Shown: positions 37,741 to 46,531 of the stretch, piece after piece
How the letters are laid out: each line of letters begins with the position of its first letter
Numbering within the stretch: the stretch's first letter is position 1
Notes under the pieces: model-generated
Told to the model about the DNA's origin: nothing
The model's input: the letters and a program-made list of their open reading frames with translations, nothing else
Databases searched by the model: none
Program-made: the position numbers and the translations under genes
Source of the DNA: a virus
Taxonomy: Duplodnaviria; Caudoviricetes
Length of the DNA: 64,000 bases
IMG/VR virus record: IMGVR_UViG_3300029818_000001
Coordinates: 1-64,000 of that record
Direction: 5' to 3' (one strand)

Positions 37741-38106
37741 ATGACAACCAATCATCAAAACAAGGAAGAAGAGATGCCGGGTGAACACCAAAACCACGTT
37801 GCTGTCAATACATGGCTGTGGTCAGACCGATTAATGTGGTCTGTAATTCTTATGTTCTTACTAGGCTCTGTAGCGAGAACTTTTGTTAGTAATGAGCCTT
37901 TTGATGTCAAGAAGTTTGTTGGCGAGATTATTTTTTCAGCAATTGGCGCTGTCATGATGTATTCAATGGGGCTAATGCAGGGAATGAGCGAGGCGCAAAT
38001 TGTTTGTTTCGGAGCGATGGCAAGTCTCGGCGGCATCAGAAGCTTCGAATGGTTTATTAAGATTGCCAAGAATGTCAAGGCGGCATCTTCGATCGGAGAT
38101 AAGTAA
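37741..38106 (+). CDS. Putative holin
   Basis: 121 aa, 2-3 hydrophobic segments, basic C-terminus. Confidence 0.55.
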   Translation: MTTNHQNKEEEMPGEHQNHVAVNTWLWSDRLMWSVILMFLLGSVARTFVSNEPFDVKKFVGEIIFSAIGAVMMYSMGLMQGMSEAQIVCFGAMASLGGIRSFEWFIKIAKNVKAASSIGDK

Positions 38107-38465
38107 TGACGGGCAAATTGGATCTGCCTGCAATCAAAAGAGGCTCCACATGGCGCTATTGGCTTCAGTGGTTAAGTCACGATGAAGAGCCTATTTTGTT
38201 GACCGGCTGTGACATAAACATGCAGATTCGCAGCAGCGTGGATAGCCCAGTCATACTTGTTGATCTGTCTCTAACCAATGAAAGGATTACCAAAGTTGAC
38301 GACACTGGCGAGATTTTTCTTCACATACCTCACACCATCACCTCATTCATAAATCGAAACATAGATTTTGGAGTTTATGATTTGGAGATAACACACCCAA
38401 GTGGCGAGGTTACAACCTTAATAGAGGGTAGTGTCGAATTCTCCAAGGAGGTGACGCGCAAATGA
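38106..38465 (+). CDS. Hypothetical structural protein (Ig/BppU-like)
   Basis: IKRGSTW, GVYDLEI...G.VTTLIEG.V pattern. Confidence 0.6.
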   Translation: MTGKLDLPAIKRGSTWRYWLQWLSHDEEPILLTGCDINMQIRSSVDSPVILVDLSLTNERITKVDDTGEIFLHIPHTITSFINRNIDFGVYDLEITHPSGEVTTLIEGSVEFSKEVTRK

Positions 38466-38680
38466 ATACCATAGTTTTATATCCGGTCAATAATGGCCCA
38501 GCCATTATAAAGACGGGAAAGCAGGGGCCGCCAGGCATCGGAGGCTCCGAGGTGACGCCAGAATTCATCGGTGCTTTATCGGTAACGGCGAGACTGGCTG
38601 AGTTCGACACAGATGAGAAGCGGGCGGCTGCTCGTGACAATATAGGACTTACCGTCATCGATGGCGGAGAATTTTTTTAA
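38462..38680 (+). CDS. Hypothetical protein
   Basis: 72 aa, GKQGPPG, ARDNIGL..IDGGEF. Confidence 0.6.
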   Translation: MNTIVLYPVNNGPAIIKTGKQGPPGIGGSEVTPEFIGALSVTARLAEFDTDEKRAAARDNIGLTVIDGGEFF

Positions 38681-38698
38681 ATCAAGGAGAGATAAGTA

Positions 38699-39154
38699 AT
38701 GCCAACTATTAAAATCAAACGCGGCTTAAAGGCTAATTTACCCACTTCGGGAATGTCAGAGGGCGAGCCGCTTGTTACTACTGATCGCGGAACGCTACAT
38801 ATTGCCACTGGCGCAGCAACTAAGCTACCGGTTGTTCCTGCTGTTGACGATCTGACCACACTAGCGTCCATTGACGGAGCAGCAGACCTGCTTTTGCTTC
38901 ATGACGCAAGCGAGGCATCAGGTCAGAAAGAGAAGAAGATTACCTTCAACAACTTCAAGGCGGCGTTGAATATTCCCGAAGGCACAGCCGACGAGAAAGT
39001 CGCTGTGGTATCAGGCGGCACGAGTGGCTTCATCTGGGGAACGGATGGGACCGATGGCGTCTTGCGCATGAATAACTCGATGAGTTGGACTAAGGACCCT
39101 GCTAACGGTTTTGTGACGCTTGCTGTCGCCATGGTTGATGGAGGTGTTTTCTAA
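38699..39154 (+). CDS. Fibre protein with Mtd-N/hyaluronidase-N-like domain
   Basis: IKIKRGLKANLP...GEPLVTTDRG.L.I; ends VDGGVF. Confidence 0.65.
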   Translation: MPTIKIKRGLKANLPTSGMSEGEPLVTTDRGTLHIATGAATKLPVVPAVDDLTTLASIDGAADLLLLHDASEASGQKEKKITFNNFKAALNIPEGTADEKVAVVSGGTSGFIWGTDGTDGVLRMNNSMSWTKDPANGFVTLAVAMVDGGVF

Positions 39155-39156
39155 TT

Positions 39157-40686
39157 ATGGCCGGTATCAGACTAAAGCGCGGCACGAAGGCACAGATTGA
39201 TGCAGCCAAGGCCGCATCGGGACTTGCTGAAAGTGAGCCTTATCTGATTACTGACGAAGGTCGCATTGCTATCGGCACCGGAGCGGCAGACTATAAGCCT
39301 GTCGCCATGGGGGATGTTGATATTGTTGTCTCCAACGCAGCCCCAGCTCAGCCGTATGACGGTCTTGTTTGGATAGACACCGAGTCAAACCCCGTTGGCG
39401 ATTCGGCCTATCAAGTGGCTGTTAATAACGGGTTTGTTGGGACTGAGCAGGATTGGCTCGCGTCATTGCAGGGTGACGCTGGGCCTCAAGGAGATACCGG
39501 TGCCGATGGGTCTCAAGGACCTCAAGGGATACAGGGTGAAGCTGGACCTCAAGGAGATACAGGGCTGCAAGGTCCTCAAGGGATACAGGGTGAAGCTGGA
39601 CCTCAAGGAGATACAGGGCTGCAAGGGCCTCAAGGGATACAGGGTGAACCCGGCATTTCAGCCTATCAGGTTGCGGTTAATGGTGGCTTTGTTGGAACTG
39701 AGCAGGAGTGGCTGGACTCTTTAGTTGGACCTCCCGGCGAAGCGATGCTTTACGACCCAGCGACAGCAGCCAGCACCTTCTTGTGGCTTGTGGATATTGA
39801 GCGCACCGAACAGCAAATTATCGATTGGCTTCCCACCACAGCGGTCGGTGGTCTATCCTCTTTGCGTAATGACTCAGTGCTGTTGGCTGATTTGGCAGGT
39901 AGCTCTATTGGCATGAAGAATGTCGCCAAGGATGCCGATTTGGTAAATAGCTTGGTTTGTGATAATTCAGTAGCTTGTGCCGTGTTTGTAAACTCATCCA
40001 TCGCTAGAGCTGAGTTATTCGAATCTTCCGTCGCTAGAGCTGAGTTATTCGAATCTTCCGTCGCTATGGCAGAGATTATTGGCTCGACTGCTGCTAGAAA
40101 TGACATATATGGTATCTCTGCGGCTAGAGCTGACTTGTTTATATCTACTGTAGGTATGATTGAGTTTGCGTCATCAAGTCTCGCGATGGCCGAATTGGCA
40201 GCGTCCTCTACAATTCGAGCTGAATTGTTCGCATCTTCTTTGGCGATGGCGAAGGTCGCGGAAAGCTCTCATTTGCTCGTCTTCTTTGACAGCGCAACCT
40301 CACGCTTAGAGATGTTTGGCTCTGCTATCGTCGAGAAGGCATTTAGAGACTCCACAAATGCGATGACGCTGATCGATAGTATTGCTACCAATGTGTCGGC
40401 ACTCACTACCAACCAAAACTATGCAAGTTTGACTAGCTCCAAGGTCTTCGCGACATCTGTAAACACGGGCACAACCGCGATATCGGGTGAGAGAGGGGCA
40501 CGATACTTTAATCACTTACAGGATGGTGTGACAAATTCGACGATGGTGGTGTCTAACAATCCATCTCCAGGAAACCCTTGGGCATTGTGCGCTGGAAGAA
40601 TGTTTGAAGGCTTACAAGTGATGGCTAGATCAGGTAGCACCACTTCAACGGCAACTCGCACAGCTCGCGTCGTGGTAATGGAGTAA
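39157..40686 (+). CDS. Fibre protein with Mtd-N-like head, collagen G-X-Y repeats and decapeptide repeats
   Basis: IRLKRGT..EPYLITD; SAYQVAV..GF.GTE..WL.SL.G flanking GPQG repeats; ARAELFESSV repeats. Confidence 0.75.
   Translation: MAGIRLKRGTKAQIDAAKAASGLAESEPYLITDEGRIAIGTGAADYKPVAMGDVDIVVSNAAPAQPYDGLVWIDTESNPVGDSAYQVAVNNGFVGTEQDWLASLQGDAGPQGDTGADGSQGPQGIQGEAGPQGDTGLQGPQGIQGEAGPQGDTGLQGPQGIQGEPGISAYQVAVNGGFVGTEQEWLDSLVGPPGEAMLYDPATAASTFLWLVDIERTEQQIIDWLPTTAVGGLSSLRNDSVLLADLAGSSIGMKNVAKDADLVNSLVCDNSVACAVFVNSSIARAELFESSVARAELFESSVAMAEIIGSTAARNDIYGISAARADLFISTVGMIEFASSSLAMAELAASSTIRAELFASSLAMAKVAESSHLLVFFDSATSRLEMFGSAIVEKAFRDSTNAMTLIDSIATNVSALTTNQNYASLTSSKVFATSVNTGTTAISGERGARYFNHLQDGVTNSTMVVSNNPSPGNPWALCAGRMFEGLQVMARSGSTTSTATRTARVVVME
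39520..39648 (+). repeat. 54-bp tandem repeat x2.4 (collagen-like coding)
   Basis: Units start 39520, 39574, 39628. Confidence 0.9.
40001..40066 (+). repeat. 30-bp tandem repeat x2.2
   Basis: TCGCTAGAGCTGAGTTATTCGAATCTTCCG. Confidence 0.9.
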
Positions 40687-41133
40687 ATGATGGAAACTTA
40701 CGCACTGATACAAAGTTACGAAATCATTGGCTGGATTGATAATCCTCCCGGTAGGCCTATTCCCAAGTTTCCCGCCGATATCTTGGTATTGCCCGCCGAT
40801 ATCGCCAAAGAAGATCGAGAGGCAGCGCAGTATATCGACGGCATTGTCACGATTGACCCCTATTACACGCCGGAAGAGCCAGTCATTGTCGACCCCATTA
40901 CGCAGGTGCCTAATAAGGTCTCTATGCGGCAGGCGAGACTGGCATTGCACAACGCTGGCTTGCTATCCGCCGCAGACGCTTTTGTTCAGTCGTTGGGCGG
41001 GGCCGCTCAAATCGAATGGGAATATGCGCAGGAAATCAGGCGCGATCATGCATTGGTTGCGGCACTCCAAGCGGAGCTGCAATTGACTGATGAACAAATC
41101 GATCAGTTGTTTATTGCGGCCAATGCGCTGTGA
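40687..41133 (+). CDS. Hypothetical fibre-associated protein
   Basis: VSMRQARLAL...IEWEYA..I.R..L motif typical of phage tail-associated proteins. Confidence 0.65.
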   Translation: MMETYALIQSYEIIGWIDNPPGRPIPKFPADILVLPADIAKEDREAAQYIDGIVTIDPYYTPEEPVIVDPITQVPNKVSMRQARLALHNAGLLSAADAFVQSLGGAAQIEWEYAQEIRRDHALVAALQAELQLTDEQIDQLFIAANAL

Positions 41134-41432
41134 ATACTCAGTCAACAATAACCCTTGAGCCAGTATGTGGCTATCTTGTGCGGGTGTATCCCGATCAAGT
41201 AGAGACCGACACTCACGCCAAATATAAGGCAGTCATGACGATCGATGTTGATGGCGATACGGCTGTGGCAAAGGGTTATTGCGGCAGTAATTGGAACACC
41301 AGAAATCGCCGCGATCTATTTAATGAACTAAAAAATCGTGGAATCAAAACTTTAAATTACGAGCGGTATGACTCTGGGCGCTTGATTAAATCGAGCGTGA
41401 TAAAACTTAGCAGGAATAAGAATGACACCTGA
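41130..41432 (+). CDS. Hypothetical protein
   Basis: 100-aa ORF overlapping both neighbours. Confidence 0.55.
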   Translation: MNTQSTITLEPVCGYLVRVYPDQVETDTHAKYKAVMTIDVDGDTAVAKGYCGSNWNTRNRRDLFNELKNRGIKTLNYERYDSGRLIKSSVIKLSRNKNDT

Positions 41433-41898
41433 ACAATTATTAGACGAAATAACGAACGGCCCGCTGGCTTTGGAGCTGGCTGATGCACTAGCCTCTGGCG
41501 ATGACGTGGCTATTTGCGCGGCATTGAATAGTAAAGATATACCCAGCCAAGGCTGGATTTCGGTCGCCGATTTCGAAACTTGGTGCGCATCAAACGACGC
41601 GGAGTATAAGCGCATCGAGGCTTTATCGAGAGACGAGACCAGCCCGTTTTACTCTGCCGCAAATTCTCTGTTGAGGCGATTGTCGGTCCAAAATACCGAG
41701 AATGCGATCAATACCGGCGCACCGCCGATAGCTTCTTTGTTGGATGCGTGGCCGTATGTTGATGCGAACTCTAAAGAGTCTCTACTGGCGCTGGGGCGCA
41801 CATTGATTAGCAGGGCGGAGCAACTGGGCGAACATATCTCACTTAAAAACGTAATCGACGCTCTGTATAACGAAGATGGCGCACGGAGGGTATTGTAA
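41422..41898 (+). CDS. Hypothetical protein
   Basis: 158-aa coupled ORF. Confidence 0.65.
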   Translation: MTPEQLLDEITNGPLALELADALASGDDVAICAALNSKDIPSQGWISVADFETWCASNDAEYKRIEALSRDETSPFYSAANSLLRRLSVQNTENAINTGAPPIASLLDAWPYVDANSKESLLALGRTLISRAEQLGEHISLKNVIDALYNEDGARRVL

Positions 41899-42326
41899 TG
41901 CCATTAACTACAGTCGAAACACAAATTACATGGTCGGCGGCCAGCTCTATCACACTGAGCAATGCCACACAAACCGACTCGGACACATTTACGCTTCATG
42001 ACTCGTGTATCTCAGCGAGTGTTCAAATACGAGTGACCAATCAGGGATCGCCACAGTCGGGAGATGCGCTGTCAGCTAGGCTTAAATGGAGCTGTGGGGA
42101 TATTCTTGAAAATACAGGGGACGATTTCGACACTGATCAACATGCTGAATTCCTAGGCAGATTGGATACGTTTGCTACGAATAATCCGGGTGAAAGCCCC
42201 GCGATGCGCACATATCACTTATCATTAGGTGGAGCCAGGAAATTCAAGTTATCTATTTTAGGCGCACAAGCTGCTTCACGGAACCTAGTCGTTCATGCGC
42301 GTGTTATTGAACAGAGAGCTAACTAA
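41898..42326 (+). CDS. Hypothetical beta-rich protein
   Basis: 142-aa coupled ORF. Confidence 0.65.
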   Translation: MPLTTVETQITWSAASSITLSNATQTDSDTFTLHDSCISASVQIRVTNQGSPQSGDALSARLKWSCGDILENTGDDFDTDQHAEFLGRLDTFATNNPGESPAMRTYHLSLGGARKFKLSILGAQAASRNLVVHARVIEQRAN

Positions 42327-42328
42327 TA

Positions 42329-43180
42329 ATGGTATTTATACCGCGTTGGGAGAGGCATAAGCAGCGATTGTCGAGGGACTACACGGTCAATTGGGGGCAT
42401 CAATTGACCGAACACATACATAGCATTCTCCTTCCTCACTCTGATTTGAGGCTATATAACCGCGAGCGCGAAGTTAACCGCTCATCATTCTCAGGTGTGA
42501 GTGTGTTTGATGAGTCAATCTATTTAAATAACAGTATTCTTGCATATGATGGTCTCACCATTCCATCGACAAACAATCTAGCGCTATTAGCAGTAATAGA
42601 TACAAAAGACTTATCAGGTGGCGGGCAGATTGCGGCACGAGATAATTTCGCATTAAGTCGTCGTAATTATCAATTTCGAATAGGTTCCTTTAATGGGGAT
42701 AGTGTTAGCATCTCTACAATACACTGGCCTGGAGTTGTCAGTAATCTTCTAGGCTCCTGTGGACGAGAGAGTGGTGTGGTTGCCATCTCCAACAAAATAG
42801 GGGCAGTAAGCGAGGGCGCTGTCAATGGGGTTTTGAATTACGGAGTGGCTCCGTCTTCTTTTTCAAATAATAATCCACAGCTTTGTATCGGAGTTAGAAG
42901 AGAGAGTTCGAACTGGGTCGAGCGACCCCTTGGTTTGATTCTGAATATGTTTGTAGAGTTTTCGTCTGCGCTGACTACCGATGAAGTGTTGGCGTTGTCA
43001 GAGGCTCCCTACCAAATACTAAAACCCCGCGTCATCTACTTCGACATGGGTGCAACCGCAGCATTCAAATCCGCCCCTATCAAATATCACAATAGCGCTA
43101 ATCTAATCACGCCTGTCGCCAAGGTGTGGGATGGCGCAGCGTCGAGCTGGAAAAACAGCACGATTAAGGTAAAGGGGTAG
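42329..43180 (+). CDS. Putative LamG/concanavalin A-like lectin-fold protein
   Basis: Beta-rich; PQLCIG...ALTTDEVLALSEAPYQIL C-terminal pattern of LamG-like phage proteins. Confidence 0.5.
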   Translation: MVFIPRWERHKQRLSRDYTVNWGHQLTEHIHSILLPHSDLRLYNREREVNRSSFSGVSVFDESIYLNNSILAYDGLTIPSTNNLALLAVIDTKDLSGGGQIAARDNFALSRRNYQFRIGSFNGDSVSISTIHWPGVVSNLLGSCGRESGVVAISNKIGAVSEGAVNGVLNYGVAPSSFSNNNPQLCIGVRRESSNWVERPLGLILNMFVEFSSALTTDEVLALSEAPYQILKPRVIYFDMGATAAFKSAPIKYHNSANLITPVAKVWDGAASSWKNSTIKVKG

Positions 43181-43222
43181 GGAGATTGAGTCGCTTCCTG
43201 TATCTAAACACTTAACTGTTAA

Positions 43223-43966
43223 ATGGAATTCAATCAAATGGAATTCAACGTGAAAATCAAGCGAGAAAAGAGACAAAATAGAAAGCGCAAATTAAGCGCC
43301 CCTGAGCCGTTTTTCGAAGAAATAGTGCTCTCGGTAGATAAGAAGCATTTGGAGCCGATACGCGCTATCAATGAAGCTCAGGGGCACTATTTAAGCTCAA
43401 TTCGACAGAATGTTATCACATTCGGGGTCGGTCCCGCTGGGACGGGGAAGAGTTATTGCGCGGGAGGCTATGCGGCAGATAAGTTGAGAGATAAGGAGGT
43501 TGATAAGCTGATCATCACTCGCCCCTGCGTGGAAGCAGGCGAGTCGTTAGGCTTTCTTCCCGGCGAGTTGGAGGATAAGTTCGCACCCTATATCGACCCC
43601 TTCCGCGAAATTCTCAATGAGCGATTGGGCAAAAGCTTTGTTGACTATCTAATCAAGCACAAGCGCATCGATGCTAAACCTCTAGCCTACATGCGAGGCA
43701 ATACCTTTAAGAATTGCATCGTTATTTTAGACGAAGCGCAAAACACCACGCCGACGCAAATGAAGTTGTTTTTAACGCGAATAGGCGAGAACTGTAAGGT
43801 AATCATCGACGGCGACATTCAGCAAAAGGATATCCGGCAACAAAGTGGTTTAGCCGATGCTATCGATCGTCTAAGTCAGATTAAAAACGTGGGTGTCGTT
43901 AATTTTGACGCCGACGATATTGTTCGCTCCAGAATCGTCAAGGATATTATTAAAGCCTACGGATAA
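43223..43966 (+). CDS. phoH: PhoH-family ATPase
   Basis: GPAGTGKS, ITRP.VEAGE.LGFLPG, YMRGNTF, DEAQN, GDIQQ.D. Confidence 0.96.
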   Translation: MEFNQMEFNVKIKREKRQNRKRKLSAPEPFFEEIVLSVDKKHLEPIRAINEAQGHYLSSIRQNVITFGVGPAGTGKSYCAGGYAADKLRDKEVDKLIITRPCVEAGESLGFLPGELEDKFAPYIDPFREILNERLGKSFVDYLIKHKRIDAKPLAYMRGNTFKNCIVILDEAQNTTPTQMKLFLTRIGENCKVIIDGDIQQKDIRQQSGLADAIDRLSQIKNVGVVNFDADDIVRSRIVKDIIKAYG

Positions 43967-43973
43967 TAGGCAC

Positions 43974-44077
43974 TTTTCAATTCCGCCACTCAAATTGCGT
44001 CTCTCTAATATAAATAACTTATATAATATCTTTTCTTAATAACTATTATATTTAGAGAGCGTGAAAATGAGTGGCGG
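43974..44077. repeat. CCGCCACTCA inverted repeat flanking AT-rich core (copy 2)
   Basis: Arms 43983-43992 and 44068-44077; nested CTCTCTAA/TTAGAGAG; 43974-43996 is the exact reverse complement of 10698-10720. Confidence 0.9.
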
Positions 44078-44726
44078 TTTTGAATTCTTCACAGTCGGTA
44101 AATTTTATGGCTCAGAACTTGCGGATTTCGACTGCGAGTTGCTGATGATGGAAAGATTCGCGGGTAACGAGCGGGCCTTTAAAAAGGAGTTTAAGACAGA
44201 GCTGCGGCTTATGCAGACCAAGTGGTTCGATTACCGGCTTTTACATCCTGTGGTTGCCACCTATCTCTACGCTGCGGAGTTCACCCGTATCTATCAGCGT
44301 TACTACGCCAAGACTCGCGATTATGAAAAGGCTGAGTTCGTCAAGGGGTTTTCTGGTGGAGATGCTTGGCGAGCCAAGAACTCCGGTGGATTCATTAAAG
44401 GCCGGCGTCAGGCGGATGCGCTCGGCATACCTTATTGGTTCTACATCGATCACGCTTTCGAGTTCTTGTATCGCAAGTGTTGGAAACACATACCCTGGCA
44501 TATTCATCTTTACACTAAAGAGATCGTGGAGTTTGTGCAGACGGAGTGGCTGACTTATTCGAGAGAATGCTTGGTGTTGGCTGAACTCGACTTCTTCAAG
44601 GGCGATCAAAACAAAGGTAGAGAGGAATGGCGAGCGCATCGACAATGGCTAATCAATAGAATTATGAGATCGCCGGTCCCTAAGTTGGCAGCAGATAGTT
44701 TGCGCGAAAGAGGCTATGTAATTTAG
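44067..44726 (+). CDS. Hypothetical protein preceding replication genes
   Basis: ATG lies inside right arm of the inverted repeat; no motif recognised. Confidence 0.75.
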   Translation: MSGGFEFFTVGKFYGSELADFDCELLMMERFAGNERAFKKEFKTELRLMQTKWFDYRLLHPVVATYLYAAEFTRIYQRYYAKTRDYEKAEFVKGFSGGDAWRAKNSGGFIKGRRQADALGIPYWFYIDHAFEFLYRKCWKHIPWHIHLYTKEIVEFVQTEWLTYSRECLVLAELDFFKGDQNKGREEWRAHRQWLINRIMRSPVPKLAADSLRERGYVI

Positions 44727-44736
44727 CCTGAGAAAC

Positions 44737-44754
44737 TAAGTCATGGATGACTAT
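44737..44754. promoter_or_regulatory. Operator-like copy TAAGTCA-TGGA-TGACTAT
   Basis: Upstream of Hfq-like gene. Confidence 0.75.
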
Positions 44755-44825
44755 ACTTTTTCACGGTCGAGCGTTATTATAGCGACTCGGTTTTAAACGT
44801 TCGATTTACAAGCAAGAGGATAAAG

Positions 44826-45125
44826 ATGCATAGCAATCAACAGGATAGAAAGACTTTAACATTGAAGAGAGAGTCAAGGTTTCAATACCCAGCCAAGAAA
44901 AAACCCGGTTCGCTAAGATTATCGAAGCATGAGTCTGACCTCAAAAGAATACAAGAGAGCGGTAAGGAAATTAATCTCTTCTTAATGTCTGGAGTTCTTA
45001 TGACAGGTAGGGTTATCGCCGTAGATAAATACACCATCAAGATAGATGCCAAGCTCGTCAATGGAAAAGTAAAATCACATACCTTCTTTAAACACAGCAT
45101 CGAGTCTTTCTCTGAGGTTGAATAA
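44826..45125 (+). CDS. hfq: Hfq-like Sm-fold protein
   Basis: INLFLMSGVLMTGRVIAVDKYTIKI...FFKHSIESF aligns by eye to Hfq [25 protein letters not shown]...YKHAIST. Confidence 0.75.
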   Translation: MHSNQQDRKTLTLKRESRFQYPAKKKPGSLRLSKHESDLKRIQESGKEINLFLMSGVLMTGRVIAVDKYTIKIDAKLVNGKVKSHTFFKHSIESFSEVE

Positions 45126-46531
45126 TGAGTGCGGCGGTTGAGGATAAATTAGTCGAAACTGTCGCTCATTCGTTCGCTGGCGAGCCTGAGTCGCCCTCGT
45201 CTGAAATGGATGAACAGTCCGTTACAGAGCCGTATGCGTTCGACGCAGCCTTTCAAGATAAGATTGCCGCGCTTGCCATCAGCGACTTCGCATTTATGAG
45301 GCGCACTCAGGGTCTAGTGTCGCCGGATTATTTCGAAAACGCCGCCACCGCTATGCTGGTGAATATTGCGCTAGAGCATTGGCAAAAATACAAAGAGACA
45401 CCCAGTCGCACCGCATTCACTCAGTTGGTCAAAGATGCCATTCTCAATAATCGCATTCGCAGTGATCTAAAGGATGAGTTTAAGACTAAGTATGTGGCGT
45501 TGGTAAAAACCAAGCTGACCGATCGCGAGTTCGTCATTGATAAGGTGGCTGAGTTCGCGCGTCACCAGGCGATTTATCGAGCCATGTTGCAGTCTGCTGA
45601 TTTGATGGCAAAAGGTAAGCTCGATCAAATCGCCGATCTGGTGGTTAAGGCGTCAAGAGTTGGCGCTGATGATGCGGTAACGCTTTACGACTACTTCGAG
45701 GAGATTGAAAACAGAACGCAAGAGCGCAAGGACAAGGTCTCAGGTCTCAAGCCACCACAAGGTATCACCACCGGCTTTAAAAAGTTGGATGAGCTGTTGC
45801 TGCATAACGGATGGGGCAGAAGTGAGTTGTCGTTGATACTTGGCGGCGCTAAGTCTGGAAAGTCAACTGGTCTGCTCTTCTTCGCTAAAAATGCAGCTCT
45901 GGCAGGGCACACCACTTTATATGTGACACTTGAAATGTCGGCCAAGATTGCCGCGATGCGTAACGACGCCAGTATCTCCGAAACGGAAGTTAAGGAGCTG
46001 GAGAAGAACATTCTCAGCGTTCACGATAAGGTTAAGCTGTCGGCGATGAAGTCGGCTAAGTATTACATGGCGGAGTATCCATCGGGTTCACTGACACCTT
46101 CGTCATTACGTCGATTAATTGACCAGTATGAGATTCAGGGTATTCGATTCGATTTGGTGGTGGTGGACTATCTCGACATTATGGCGCCGGATTACCGCAC
46201 TGACAGCGCCATCGAGAACTCGAAGAATATCTTTGTTGGCGTTCGCGCAATCGCTCAAGAAAAAGGCATGGCTCTATTGTCAGCTACGCAGACCAATCGT
46301 GAGGGCTTTAAGAGTGTGACGGCAAAGGCTGAACACGTTTCGGACGACTTTAATAAAATCCGAATTGCCGATCTGACCATTTCGATCAATGCGACTGATG
46401 ATGAGAGGGCTAGAGGCGAGGCGAGACTATACTTTGCGGCTAGTCGAAATCAAGAGGGCGGCATTACGCTACATGTCAAGCAAGACTTGTCGCGGATGAT
46501 CTTTATCAAGTCAATCATGGGGATAATTTGA
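45125..46531 (+). CDS. dnaB: DnaB-like replicative helicase
   Basis: GGAKSGKS, YVTLEMS, VVVDYLD, SATQTNR. Confidence 0.92.
   Translation: MSAAVEDKLVETVAHSFAGEPESPSSEMDEQSVTEPYAFDAAFQDKIAALAISDFAFMRRTQGLVSPDYFENAATAMLVNIALEHWQKYKETPSRTAFTQLVKDAILNNRIRSDLKDEFKTKYVALVKTKLTDREFVIDKVAEFARHQAIYRAMLQSADLMAKGKLDQIADLVVKASRVGADDAVTLYDYFEEIENRTQERKDKVSGLKPPQGITTGFKKLDELLLHNGWGRSELSLILGGAKSGKSTGLLFFAKNAALAGHTTLYVTLEMSAKIAAMRNDASISETEVKELEKNILSVHDKVKLSAMKSAKYYMAEYPSGSLTPSSLRRLIDQYEIQGIRFDLVVVDYLDIMAPDYRTDSAIENSKNIFVGVRAIAQEKGMALLSATQTNREGFKSVTAKAEHVSDDFNKIRIADLTISINATDDERARGEARLYFAASRNQEGGITLHVKQDLSRMIFIKSIMGII

Noticed and set aside
38699-40686. Diversity-generating retroelement
   Set aside because: Mtd-N-like domains are present but I saw no reverse transcriptase and no TR/VR pair differing at adenines
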